DNA from: Parcubacteria group bacterium Gr01-1014_8
GTDB taxonomy: Bacteria > Patescibacteriota > Minisyncoccia > Phycocordibacterales > UBA2100
DNA: 64,000 bases
Reading direction: 5' to 3'
Assembly: GCA_007376385.1 (NCBI GenBank)
Contig: VMGC01000001.1
Coordinates: 256,001-320,000, forward strand
Position numbers and translations under genes: made by a program. This document shows positions 9,425-19,191 of the stretch, piece by piece; the stretch's first letter is position 1, and each line of letters starts with the position of its first letter. Below the pieces are notes generated by a model, which was not told where the DNA came from, searched no databases, and worked only from the letters and a program-made list of their open reading frames with translations.

Positions 9425-10780
9425 ATGAGTGAACTACGGCAAGGACCGCCAGGAGGGCCACCGGAGGGTCCTGATGAAATCAAGGATCCAAGAGGAATTA
9501 TTCGAATGTGTCTTGGAATACTTGAGCCACTACGGTCAAAGCTTGAACTTTCAGAAGTGGAAACGAAAGCACTTGAACTCTTTTCTGCGGTGCAAGGATT
9601 AGTGCTTGCTGAATTTCTTAGCTCAACGAGAAATCCTGCTCCGTATCGGGTTATATATGATCTCATAGCACGGAATGAAGAGGGGCTCTCATTGCCTGCA
9701 AGACAGGTTGCAAACCGAATAAAATCTGCTCTAGAGCGGTTTGAGGCGAGAATGAGTCAAGCTCCCGGAACACAGAAAGCAGAGGGTTCTCCATGGCAGC
9801 CCAGAATATTGAATGACGAAGACATTAGAGTTTTTAAGGGGGATGGACTGCAAGTCTGGCGATCACTACGAACGGCAATGAGCAAAAGTCAAAAGAGCCT
9901 CGCAGATATCTCGAAAGAAACGCGAATACCATTCCCAAAAATATATAAAGCGTTTACAAGCACTTCCTTTAGGGATCCCAAAACTGGAACTCCTTTAGAC
10001 CACCCCCTCAGCGTGGGCGAGCTAACACTTGTTGGTATGGTTTGCGGTGTTCCCATTCGAACAGATGCACTTCCACCTGTTCGGGAAAGAGTGCGACGGT
10101 TGCTTTTACCTGAGAGAGCAGAAATAACTCCTTACGAAGATATTGCAGACGTTCCTCTAAAAGAAATTCCTCCGGAAAGGCTAAGCGTTGTCTCATTAGC
10201 CCAAGTAAAAAGAGATCGAGAAGCAATCTCGCAATTCATGAGTGAGGTGACCAGACTGCGATCCGCAGTTAAAAATATTCAGAAAGGGTGGGAGAAAGAA
10301 GCGGGGAGCGAAGAACATATCAGAGACTTTTTATTCAATGTTGGATCACTGACTAAGAATATGCAGGGTTTAGCGCGAGGTCAACTCGACGGAAAAAATA
10401 TGCGAACACTGGTTGAACTATACATACAACACGTAGTATTTGCGGTCATGAATATCGTAGGTCTCTATCATGTGGAACTGCGTACAAAGCTTAACCCCAT
10501 CGCGCTACGACTTTCGAAGATAACGACACCTGCAATTATTCGTGCACTTCTCGGGTCGGATTCCGATAGATCATTGACACACGAAGACTTGATTAAGGTA
10601 TTGGGTCACGTCGTCGCGCTCATGAATGTCTTGGAGCGAGAGCTTACAGCAGCTCTCGCTAGCGGGATTAAAACTAATTACGGACATGTTCGAGTTGCAG
10701 CCAGGCACCTCGTTGAAATGACGCAGGCGCTTCGTAACATTTTGCCAGAGGGAGAAATTTCTCAGCAGAAAGGCGACTGA
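9425..10780 (+). CDS. Hypothetical soluble protein, 451 aa, no recognisable domain
   Basis: Long ORF with protein-like composition and no TM segments; located between murI and murD. Confidence 0.5.
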   Translation: MSELRQGPPGGPPEGPDEIKDPRGIIRMCLGILEPLRSKLELSEVETKALELFSAVQGLVLAEFLSSTRNPAPYRVIYDLIARNEEGLSLPARQVANRIKSALERFEARMSQAPGTQKAEGSPWQPRILNDEDIRVFKGDGLQVWRSLRTAMSKSQKSLADISKETRIPFPKIYKAFTSTSFRDPKTGTPLDHPLSVGELTLVGMVCGVPIRTDALPPVRERVRRLLLPERAEITPYEDIADVPLKEIPPERLSVVSLAQVKRDREAISQFMSEVTRLRSAVKNIQKGWEKEAGSEEHIRDFLFNVGSLTKNMQGLARGQLDGKNMRTLVELYIQHVVFAVMNIVGLYHVELRTKLNPIALRLSKITTPAIIRALLGSDSDRSLTHEDLIKVLGHVVALMNVLERELTAALASGIKTNYGHVRVAARHLVEMTQALRNILPEGEISQQKGD

Positions 10781-10791
10781 CACGCGCAAAT

Positions 10792-12138
10792 ATGACCAAC
10801 AAGTACCAGTCCTTTTTTGCTGGAAAACGCATAACCATGCTGGGTCTTGGTCTTTTGGGGCGCGGGGTGGGGGACGCTGAATTTATCACGCCTCTGTGCA
10901 AAGAATTGCTCATCACCGATCGAAAATCTGAAGACGAATTGCGAGGATCGGTGGCTCGTCTGAAAAAGCATCCGAATATAACTTTTAGATTGGGAGAGCA
11001 ACGAGAAGAAGATTTTACAAACTGCGACATGGTTATCAAAGCGGCTGGTGTACCACTGGACTCACCGTATATTGCAGCGGCAAAAAAAGCAGGTGTTCCA
11101 GTGTATATGTCGACTGCTCTCTTTGCGAAATTTGCGAAGGAAATGAGCGTTACCATTGTCGGCATCACCGGTACGCGGGGAAAATCTACGGTCGTGCATC
11201 TCATCTATCACGCGCTGCACGAGGCAGGGAAACGCGCTCATCTTGGCGGAAACATTCGAGGCGTGTCAACGCTCGCGCTGCTTCCGAAGATGCAAAAAGG
11301 CGATATAGCTATTCTTGAACTTGATTCGTGGCAGCTGCAGGGATTCGGTGACCTGCAGATAAGTCCTCATATTGCCGTGTTCACGAATTTGATGCCTGAT
11401 CATTTGAATTACTATCCGGACATGGAGACGTATTTCAATGATAAGGCGAATATTTTTAAATATCAGAAAAAAGGTGATGTCCTCATCGCCGGAGACCAGG
11501 TCGAACAAAAGATCTTGCGCGCTCAGCCGACAGTTGATCCTCTGTCGCCGTTGCTTTCCAAATCGATAAAGCTGAAAATTCTCGGAGAACACAACCGAGA
11601 AAATGCTGCACTCGCTGCAGCTGCGCTCGATACGCTTGGCCTCTCTGAAGAGGTCATTCATGAAAGTCTAGGATCTTTTCGGGGTATTGAAGGACGTCTG
11701 CAGTATCTGGGCGAAACACAGGGTGTAAAAATATACAATGACAACAATGCGACAACTCCCGAAGCGACAATTGCAGCCCTTCGTGCTCTGGGCGATGGGA
11801 AAAATATCGTGCTCATCATCGGGGGCGATGACAAAAACTTGGATATGTCCAAGCTTGTGGAAGAAATCCCGAAGTGGTGCAAGGGGGTGGTTATGTTCAA
11901 AGAGAGGGGGACCGATCGAATACGCGAACAGGTTCTTGCGATGAAGGGTCAAAAAATCGACGTCTACGAGGAAAAGGGATTGGAGGCTACGGTTAAGCGT
12001 GCTTTTTCAGTCGCGAAGGAGGGGGAGACTCTATTGTTCAGCCCCGCTTTTTCATCGTTCGGAAGATACTTCAAGAACGAGTTCGACAGGGGTGACCAGT
12101 TCGTTCAGTTGGTGGATGCACACGTGAAAGCCGGATAA
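10792..12138 (+). CDS. murD: UDP-N-acetylmuramoylalanine--D-glutamate ligase
   Basis: ITMLGLGLLGRG… N-terminal Rossmann domain, GITGTRGKSTV P-loop, Mur ligase middle and C-terminal domains; 448 aa. Confidence 0.9.
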   Translation: MTNKYQSFFAGKRITMLGLGLLGRGVGDAEFITPLCKELLITDRKSEDELRGSVARLKKHPNITFRLGEQREEDFTNCDMVIKAAGVPLDSPYIAAAKKAGVPVYMSTALFAKFAKEMSVTIVGITGTRGKSTVVHLIYHALHEAGKRAHLGGNIRGVSTLALLPKMQKGDIAILELDSWQLQGFGDLQISPHIAVFTNLMPDHLNYYPDMETYFNDKANIFKYQKKGDVLIAGDQVEQKILRAQPTVDPLSPLLSKSIKLKILGEHNRENAALAAAALDTLGLSEEVIHESLGSFRGIEGRLQYLGETQGVKIYNDNNATTPEATIAALRALGDGKNIVLIIGGDDKNLDMSKLVEEIPKWCKGVVMFKERGTDRIREQVLAMKGQKIDVYEEKGLEATVKRAFSVAKEGETLLFSPAFSSFGRYFKNEFDRGDQFVQLVDAHVKAG

Positions 12139-12142
12139 AGTG

Positions 12143-12409
12143 CTAACGTGGAGATGAAAGTCTGCTCATCAGGATGGTGATCCCTTTTTGCATGTTGTCT
12201 GAGGTTTTCGAATCATTCGTGAGATCTTGGATGGTATCAAAAAGTAGTTTATCGATGCCCTGACTATTGTCGAACAGATAGGAGGGAAATTCTTCGAACC
12301 GCTCGAAGTATTCGATGAAGATATTTTTACGCACTGCAGGATCTTCGCTTGTCGCGTCCATCTTCAATTTCTGGAAATTGAATTTATCGACTTTCTTTAT
12401 AACGTTCAT
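12143..12409 (-). CDS. Small hypothetical protein (possible third gene of the DUF47-PiT operon)
   Basis: ORF 12143..12571 overlaps the PiT C-terminus; trimmed to internal Met (MNVIKKVDKF…). Charged helical composition, no SD, no homology recognised. Confidence 0.3.
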   Translation of the reverse strand: MNVIKKVDKFNFQKLKMDATSEDPAVRKNIFIEYFERFEEFPSYLFDNSQGIDKLLFDTIQDLTNDSKTSDNMQKGITILMSRLSSPR

Positions 12410-12465
12410 AAGGTTGATTGTATCTTGTTTCAACCCATCAAGATAGAAGATATCGTTCCCCTTTC

Positions 12466-13458
12466 TTAAATGAATAGCGCGTTCGCAACGAGCGCTGCGA
12501 AAAAAGCGAGCACTCCACAGCAGGGGAATGTGAATAGCCATCCTTGTATGACATTTCCAAGGACTCCCCATTTGACGTCGTTCACACGGCGAGACGAACT
12601 AGCTCCCGCTATCGATGTGGTTATTGTATGGGTGGTACTAAGAGGTACGCCAAATATGGATGCACTGATGATCGTCGCGGATGCGGCGCCCGTCGCTGCA
12701 AATCCTTGCCACGGTTTGATAGTGACCATTTTTTTGCCGATTGTTGCGATTATGCGCCATCCGCCAAGCGATGTACCAAGTCCCATGGTAAGACCGCAAA
12801 GGATGATGACCCACCACGGAATATTAAAACCCTGGACACTGCCGCCGAGAACAAGAACGAGCGTGAAAATTCCCACAAATTTCTGTCCGTCGTTCATTCC
12901 GTGTGCAAATGCCATGGCACTTGCGGTACATACATGAGCAACATCGAAAAACCGTGCAGCTTTTGTGGGGGAAGCATTCCCTGCAAACATAATGATGAGT
13001 CTGCCGATGATGAATGAAATTCCAAATCCAGCTATGACTGATAACAGCATCCCAATCAATATTTTCTCCCATCCACTCCAGAGAAGAGCATTAAAGCCGT
13101 TTCCCGCGACAGCTGCCCCCGCAAGTCCTGCTATGAGGGCATGCGATTTGCTTATTGGTAGTCCTTTGTAAGCGGCAAATCCGCCCCACAAAATTATGCT
13201 CACCATAGCCGCGGCTATCGCAGGAACGGTAACTGATTCCGTTGTGACGATGCCTTTGCCTATCGTTGCGGCTACCGCAGTCCCCGAGAGCGCGCCGGCA
13301 ATATTCAAAAACACTGCCATAGGCACTGCAAAATGGAGAGGAAGTGTTCCTGTCGAGACGACGGTGGCAATTGCGTTTGGTGCATCGGTCCAGCCGTTGA
13401 TGAACTCTGCGGAAAGGACCAAAGCAAGTGCAACAAACAACAGTATCAACTCCGTCAT
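12466..13458 (-). CDS. Inorganic phosphate transporter, PiT family
   Basis: Start trimmed to MTELILLFVALALV; GWTDAPNAIATVVSTG and GMNDGQKF motifs characteristic of PiT/PHO4; multi-TM. Confidence 0.85.
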   Translation of the reverse strand: MTELILLFVALALVLSAEFINGWTDAPNAIATVVSTGTLPLHFAVPMAVFLNIAGALSGTAVAATIGKGIVTTESVTVPAIAAAMVSIILWGGFAAYKGLPISKSHALIAGLAGAAVAGNGFNALLWSGWEKILIGMLLSVIAGFGISFIIGRLIIMFAGNASPTKAARFFDVAHVCTASAMAFAHGMNDGQKFVGIFTLVLVLGGSVQGFNIPWWVIILCGLTMGLGTSLGGWRIIATIGKKMVTIKPWQGFAATGAASATIISASIFGVPLSTTHTITTSIAGASSSRRVNDVKWGVLGNVIQGWLFTFPCCGVLAFFAALVANALFI

Positions 13459-14108
13459 GTTTCCTTTCGGGCCATAGACAGGACAAGCCGTCCGCAATGA
13501 TCCGCGCTATCCGTAATGCCCTCCAGCAGTCTGAAAAGCTTGTCCCACGCAGAGAACTCTATGGCGCTTTTGCCGGGGATATTAAATTCGGCAATAAGCG
13601 CGATTGCCGCGTTCTCTAATGTACGATCGGCTATACTCTCTGAATGTGCTAGTCGCTTGACGCATTCTTTTATGCGAGATTGGGATAATCTTTTTTCCGA
13701 AAGCATCTTGACGAGATCTCGCACGGCTGTCGTCATGGAAGCGATAATATCCAAAAATTCCAACGCCTGCGGTTTTAGCGGCGATAAGACTTTCCCATAC
13801 ATGTGTACATGCTTAGCAACGCGACGCATGCCATCGAGCATGTCGTCGAGTTCCGCTGCAAGATGAGTCACGTCGGATTTGTCGAATCGGAGAATGAATG
13901 AGTTGTCGAGGATCTCGTGTATTTGAGCCTCCGTTTCGTCACCAGTGTGTTCAAATTCTGTAATACGCTCAAGATCTGAACATTTCGTCTCACGCAAACG
14001 CTTAGCGGACAGAGCGGCTGCGTCGGAGAGCCTGAACAACATCTCAGCGAGGGGAGTGTTCTGTGATTTGCCAAACATTCGCTCGAGCGCGTTTGTAATG
14101 AGTGGCAT
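13455..14108 (-). CDS. DUF47 / PhoU-like phosphate transport regulator (Pit accessory protein)
   Basis: 217 aa helical protein (…FEHTGDETEAQIHEILDNSFILRFDKSDVTHLAAELDDMLD…); stop overlaps the PiT start in ATGA fashion, the usual DUF47-PiT pairing. Confidence 0.8.
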   Translation of the reverse strand: MPLITNALERMFGKSQNTPLAEMLFRLSDAAALSAKRLRETKCSDLERITEFEHTGDETEAQIHEILDNSFILRFDKSDVTHLAAELDDMLDGMRRVAKHVHMYGKVLSPLKPQALEFLDIIASMTTAVRDLVKMLSEKRLSQSRIKECVKRLAHSESIADRTLENAAIALIAEFNIPGKSAIEFSAWDKLFRLLEGITDSADHCGRLVLSMARKET

Positions 14109-14166
14109 AATCAGTTTTGTATCTCAATCGTACCACGTTGTCCTGTAAGGTCGTATACTGCGCTTC

Positions 14167-15465
14167 ATGACGACATCAAACAATATTTACATGGTGGGCA
14201 TGGGGGGAATCGGCATGTCAGCCCTTGCGCAACTGTTGGTCCACCAAGGCAAGAACGTAAGCGGGTCCGACAGGGAAGAGTCGCCAACGACCGCGATGCT
14301 GGGAGATAGAGGAATACAGGTTACGGTGGGCCACGACCAATGCAACATTCCTGCCGATACTGGACTTCTTATTTATAGCGACGCGGTGAATGCGGATAAC
14401 ACGGAGCGCGTGCGAGCGAGGGAGATGGGCATCAAGCAGATATCGTACTTTGAGATGTTGGGGAAAATCAGCGAGCCCGGGACAACCATTGCTGTTGCAG
14501 GAACTCACGGAAAAACAACGACTACCGGCATGCTTGCATCAATTCTTAGAGCGGCAGGCAAGGAGCCAACGGCTATAGTCGGCTCTATTGTCCGTGATTT
14601 TCCCGGCCGGACAGGGGGTTCGAATTTTCTTGCCGGACGGTCGGATCTCTATGTCATCGAAGCGTGCGAATACCGGGACCACCTTCTGGAACTGAAACCA
14701 GAAATACTCGTCATTACTAACATAGAGCTTGATCACACAGATTTCTTTCCATCGCTTTCCGCTATGCAAAATACATTTCACTCTGCAGTGGAACGTGTCC
14801 CAAAGCATGGAACAATCGTGACGGATCCCGAGAATTCGAATATTGCGCCGATACTTTCCCATATCAGCGCGCGAGTTGTCGATTACACGAAAAAGGCAGT
14901 CGGTGAATTGAAACTTATCGGTGAATTTAATCGTGAGAATGCGCGCGCCGCTCTTGCTGGTGCTCTTGCTGCCGAACCATCTCTTTCGCAAGAAGCTGCC
15001 ATACACACACTGTCTGAATTTAAAGGTTCCTGGCGCAGATTTGAATACAAAGGCGAGACACCGCATGGGGCGCTCGTCTACGATGATTATGCGCATCACC
15101 CGACGGCAGTCCGGAAGACCATTGAAGCAGCGCGTGAGAAATACCCTAACAAGCGGATCGTCGTTGCATTTCATCCGCATTTATATTCACGAACGAAATC
15201 GTTCCTTGCAGAGTTTGCTGATGCGCTTGCAACAGCCGACGATGCGATAATCGCTCCCATTTATGCGGCGCGTGAGGCGCATGATGGAAGCATTTCAAGC
15301 GATGTTCTTGCAGAGGAAATTCGAATGCGAAAAGGCAATGCACGAGCCCTGCAATCATTCGAGGCGATCCGACAGGCGCTTTCGCTTGAGCCGGGAAATA
15401 CGGTGATTATCACTATGGGTGCCGGAGATATTTATAAAGTTTCGGAACAAATTATTGTTCAATAA
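14167..15465 (+). CDS. murC: UDP-N-acetylmuramate--L-alanine ligase
   Basis: MVGMGGIGMSALAQLL… N-terminus, AVAGTHGKTTTTGMLASIL P-loop; 432 aa. Confidence 0.9.
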   Translation: MTTSNNIYMVGMGGIGMSALAQLLVHQGKNVSGSDREESPTTAMLGDRGIQVTVGHDQCNIPADTGLLIYSDAVNADNTERVRAREMGIKQISYFEMLGKISEPGTTIAVAGTHGKTTTTGMLASILRAAGKEPTAIVGSIVRDFPGRTGGSNFLAGRSDLYVIEACEYRDHLLELKPEILVITNIELDHTDFFPSLSAMQNTFHSAVERVPKHGTIVTDPENSNIAPILSHISARVVDYTKKAVGELKLIGEFNRENARAALAGALAAEPSLSQEAAIHTLSEFKGSWRRFEYKGETPHGALVYDDYAHHPTAVRKTIEAAREKYPNKRIVVAFHPHLYSRTKSFLAEFADALATADDAIIAPIYAAREAHDGSISSDVLAEEIRMRKGNARALQSFEAIRQALSLEPGNTVIITMGAGDIYKVSEQIIVQ

Positions 15466-15895
15466 GTTTTCCATATTTAATTTCGAGATCGTGGAGAGCA
15501 TCTTCAGCTGAAGTAATCTGATCCAGAAACCACGGTTCGTCCTTCCAGATTTGCCCGTCCATCCTTTTGTCGACCAAAAATCCTTTTAGTCCATCACGCC
15601 ACATCGTGAGCCGTTGTTTTGTTGTTCTGTATGCTGCTTCTCTAATGACGAGATGTTTTTTCGTTTGTCCTACAGCAGCTAAAAAGAGCGCGTATCCCCG
15701 AAGAATTTTCGCGCCCTGATTTAGAACTTGAGATTTCAATACTTGAGGGGGTGTTCTTTCCAAAGGGCCGCCCGCATTCTCAACCACCCATTCTGCTATC
15801 CTGTCCCAGTATTGAACGACCGTACGCACTCTTTCTTCAAAAGTTCCATTCGGCAAATCAAAATCTTTAAATGAACGCGACTCGGGACGGTTCAT
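15452..15895 (-). CDS. Hypothetical protein
   Basis: 147 aa ORF convergent with murC, no recognised domain. Confidence 0.4.
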   Translation of the reverse strand: MNRPESRSFKDFDLPNGTFEERVRTVVQYWDRIAEWVVENAGGPLERTPPQVLKSQVLNQGAKILRGYALFLAAVGQTKKHLVIREAAYRTTKQRLTMWRDGLKGFLVDKRMDGQIWKDEPWFLDQITSAEDALHDLEIKYGKLIEQ

Positions 15896-15956
15896 AGATA
15901 CATCTTACAGAACAGAACGATTTCCGCCACGATCTCATATATGTTACAAAGCTCGC

Positions 15957-16640
15957 ATGGGAAAACTCTCAATTGTCGCGACCTCTATTGGCAATCTCGA
16001 AGACATCACGCTCCGAGCTCTACGGATACTCAAGGAGTGTAACGTCATCTACTGCGAAGATACACGTGTTACATCAAAACTTCTCGCTCGGTATGAGATA
16101 CAGAAACCACTGTTCCGGCTTGATGTGGTTACCGAACGAGAAAAAACGCCGGAAGTTATCAATCGTTTGGAGAGGGGAGAAAAGGTAGTCTATGTCTCTG
16201 ATGCGGGAACGCCGGGCGGACTTTCTGACCCGGGCTCTTACCTTGTGGCTCACGTTCGAAAAGAACTGCCAGAGGTGAAGATCGAAGCAATTCCAGGCGC
16301 TTCACCCCTGACTGCTGCGATATCAATCGGAGGTGTTCTTATGAACGAATTCCTCTTTCGCGGATTTTTGCCGCACAAGAAAGGAAGACAGACTGCACTT
16401 AAAGAAATCGCTTCAAGCGAGAGACCCGTTGTTCTTTTTGAGTCTCCGCATCGTATCCTGAAATTGCTTGCTGAATTGGAGAAGTTGATCCCCGAAGCTC
16501 ATGTTGTCATCGCGAGGGAACTCACTAAAATTCACGAGGAAATTGTGACCGGAACGGCACGCGAAGTGGCAGCCTCACTGCAGGAGCGCGATGCCGTACG
16601 CGGCGAGTTTGTTGTTCTTGTAGAGCCTACTAGAGAGTAA
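15957..16640 (+). CDS. rsmI: 16S rRNA (cytidine1402-2'-O)-methyltransferase RsmI
   Basis: LSIVATSIGNLEDITLRALRILKECNVIYCEDTRVTSKLL, tetrapyrrole-methylase-fold signature of RsmI. Confidence 0.85.
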   Translation: MGKLSIVATSIGNLEDITLRALRILKECNVIYCEDTRVTSKLLARYEIQKPLFRLDVVTEREKTPEVINRLERGEKVVYVSDAGTPGGLSDPGSYLVAHVRKELPEVKIEAIPGASPLTAAISIGGVLMNEFLFRGFLPHKKGRQTALKEIASSERPVVLFESPHRILKLLAELEKLIPEAHVVIARELTKIHEEIVTGTAREVAASLQERDAVRGEFVVLVEPTRE

Positions 16641-16666
16641 CGCCAGGAGGCGATATACTACCGGAC

Positions 16667-16918
16667 ATGACACTAGATGCTCTCATAATGCTTCTTGGTA
16701 CATTCGTTGCGATCCTGCCTTTTTTGGGGTTTCCGAACAGTTGGGACACTATCATGTTGTTAGTTGCCGGTATTCTGCTTGTAGTTCTTGGTATCGTCGT
16801 GCGCAGAAGACTTGCTCGAAAGAATGGCGGCTCCCTAGCCGGGCAGGCCGGTCCGCATGCGCACGCCTCAGCAGAAAAATCATCTCTGGATCCTTCTCGG
16901 CATGAACCCATGCACTAA
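16667..16918 (+). CDS. Small membrane protein (2 TM), hypothetical
   Basis: 83 aa; MLLGTFVAILPFLGF and LLVAGILLVVLGIVV hydrophobic helices. Confidence 0.4.
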   Translation: MTLDALIMLLGTFVAILPFLGFPNSWDTIMLLVAGILLVVLGIVVRRRLARKNGGSLAGQAGPHAHASAEKSSLDPSRHEPMH

Positions 16919-17009
16919 ATTTTGGCATGGCTTTCGCCTTGCTTTCAGCGCGTGAGACAATGGCGTGTGACGCTTAGAATCGTACTACGTCTTCTACATA
17001 TCAATTCGC

Positions 17010-18314
17010 ATGGGAAATAATGCCAAAATTAGTGACCGGGCAGGCAGCCGTAGGCCAAAGCCCCGCCGATACGGGCTTATGCTCGCATGTGCGGCAGCTT
17101 TTCTTGCTGTTGGCCTGTATTTTAGCGGATGGAGTACCAGCATCGCCATAGCTCTATCGGGCGCATACGATACTCTGGTTCCACCGACGGTTTCATTCGA
17201 TAGAGCTGATCCGGATCCCGAAAGTGAGCCGCTTCTTCCCCCAAAACCTGTAGTCGAGCACGCTCCGACTCCTAAAGAAGTAAAGGCAGTGTACATGACA
17301 CAGTGCTACGGAGGCACGCCGTCGCTCCGCTCCGGCCTTATCAAGCTCGTTAATAACACCGAGCTGAATTCTATTGTTCTCGACCTCAAGGATTACAGCG
17401 GTACCGTATCGTTCCCATCGAAAGTTGCGCTAGAAGGAGGTGGTTGCACAATATCTGATTTTCGAGATTTAATTAAGCAAATGCACGACAACAACATTTA
17501 TGTCATCGGCAGGCTCACCGTATTCCAAGATCCCGTATATACAAAAGCACACCCTGAAGAAGCGGTACAAAGCGTTTCAAGGAACGGGCCATGGAAAGAT
17601 AGAAAAGGCCTCTCGTTCGTGGATGTCGGCTCTAGTGCATTTCACTCGTACATCATTGCACTTGCCCGCGAAGGGCATGACCTTGGCGTCGATGAGATAA
17701 ATTTTGATTACGTTCGATATCCATCGGACGGGGACATGAAGGATGCGGAGTATGCGCATTCAGAGGGGAGTCATCCGGAAATGCTCGAGAAATTCTTCAA
17801 GAAACTTAGCGAAGCAGTTCGTGCTGACCAGCCTGACCACATGCCGGTACTTTCCGCTGACCTTTTCGGGATGACGACGACCAATACGGATGATCTGAAT
17901 ATTGGGCAGGTCTTAGAACGTACTCTTCCGTATTTCGACTACATCGCGCCGATGGTGTATCCATCTCACTATCCAACGGGTTTTCATGGGTACAAGAATG
18001 TGAATGCGAACTCATATGGCATCGTACACTTTTCAATGAGCGAATCAGTGCGACGTACAGTCGCATCGACAACGCCAGTTGAAGCGCTTGCGTACGAACG
18101 TATGGGAACCTCGACACCTGCCGTCTATAAAAAACCAGTGTATGACAAGCAAAAAATGCGCCCTTGGCTCCAAGATTTTGACTACCCCGTTGCGTATACT
18201 CCAGCGATGGTGCAGGAACAGATAAAAGCGACCCACGATTCAGGACTCAACTCATGGATGTTCTGGGATCCTGCGAATAGATACGATAGCTTGCGCCAAG
18301 TGCTGTCGCAGTAG
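17010..18314 (+). CDS. Membrane-anchored putative glycoside hydrolase-like protein (DUF4015/GHL10-like TIM barrel)
   Basis: N-terminal TM (LMLACAAAFLAVGLYF) then GHDLGVDEINFDYVRYPSDGD motif reminiscent of the GHL10/DUF4015 family; 434 aa. Confidence 0.5.
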   Translation: MGNNAKISDRAGSRRPKPRRYGLMLACAAAFLAVGLYFSGWSTSIAIALSGAYDTLVPPTVSFDRADPDPESEPLLPPKPVVEHAPTPKEVKAVYMTQCYGGTPSLRSGLIKLVNNTELNSIVLDLKDYSGTVSFPSKVALEGGGCTISDFRDLIKQMHDNNIYVIGRLTVFQDPVYTKAHPEEAVQSVSRNGPWKDRKGLSFVDVGSSAFHSYIIALAREGHDLGVDEINFDYVRYPSDGDMKDAEYAHSEGSHPEMLEKFFKKLSEAVRADQPDHMPVLSADLFGMTTTNTDDLNIGQVLERTLPYFDYIAPMVYPSHYPTGFHGYKNVNANSYGIVHFSMSESVRRTVASTTPVEALAYERMGTSTPAVYKKPVYDKQKMRPWLQDFDYPVAYTPAMVQEQIKATHDSGLNSWMFWDPANRYDSLRQVLSQ

Positions 18315-18316
18315 GT

Positions 18317-19162
18317 ATGGGATTATTTGACTGGGCCAGAGGAAAATCCAACGAAAAATTGCGAGCGGGCCGGCGGGCTCGCGAGCAAATTATGTCTGCT
18401 GCACATGCAAAAGCGATTGCTGCAGCACAAAGCGAGACCATCCATGATGACTGGGCGTATATCGATTCTCCATTAGAGCTGCCTCCGGCACATATTGGGT
18501 CGTTCGATGAGACGTTCAAGAGAGTTCTTCCGGTAGAGACCTTGCCGCACGAGAGGAATTTGCGACGATATATCGAGCGCACATTTGAGCATAAGAAAGG
18601 CGGCGTTATAGGCATCGAATTTGGCGGCCCTGCGTCAAGGCTTTTTGCCGGCTTCACTCCCGGTTTTTTTAAAAAGTCGCTTGGCGTATCAATCAGGGAT
18701 TATAGAAAAGAAGAAGTGCGGCAATCTGACGCCAAACGGCACCATGCTGTCATAACTGGGAATATGTTGTGGGAAGAGACGGAAGAACGTGTGGACGAAT
18801 GGTTAGGGGGGGAAAAAGTGGATGTAGGATTTCAACGGCTTTTGGACGGGTTCGAGTTCATTCCTATAGAGCCGTATACGCTCGGTGCATGGATACAGCG
18901 GCGATACCGGCAGTTAAGCGACGTCGGCCTGCTCGTTCTGCAGGTTCCGCTTACTATGCAACCGTTCCTTAAGCCATGGTCCGAAGCAATACAAGCGAAG
19001 TGTGGTGATAGGATACAATTTCAATTCGTCGAAGGAACGAACGATCGATCAACGTTCGAAACAGGAGCGCTGCGAATTCAAAAAATGAAAGGAGCGCCCG
19101 AAGAATTGCCACCCTTAGATGCACGTACGATTCGAAATATAACTGAAATTTCTCGGAAATGA
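18317..19162 (+). CDS. Hypothetical protein (possible Rossmann/methyltransferase-like motif VIGIEFGGPAS)
   Basis: 281 aa ORF tightly packed between neighbours, no confident family. Confidence 0.5.
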   Translation: MGLFDWARGKSNEKLRAGRRAREQIMSAAHAKAIAAAQSETIHDDWAYIDSPLELPPAHIGSFDETFKRVLPVETLPHERNLRRYIERTFEHKKGGVIGIEFGGPASRLFAGFTPGFFKKSLGVSIRDYRKEEVRQSDAKRHHAVITGNMLWEETEERVDEWLGGEKVDVGFQRLLDGFEFIPIEPYTLGAWIQRRYRQLSDVGLLVLQVPLTMQPFLKPWSEAIQAKCGDRIQFQFVEGTNDRSTFETGALRIQKMKGAPEELPPLDARTIRNITEISRK

Positions 19163-19191
19163 GCAATGTGAAGCGGTGATATACTTCGGAG

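Noticed and set aside
14539-15180. 213-aa minus-strand ORF inside murC
   Set aside because: Overlaps the conserved MurC coding frame; Cys/Arg-rich nonsense translation.
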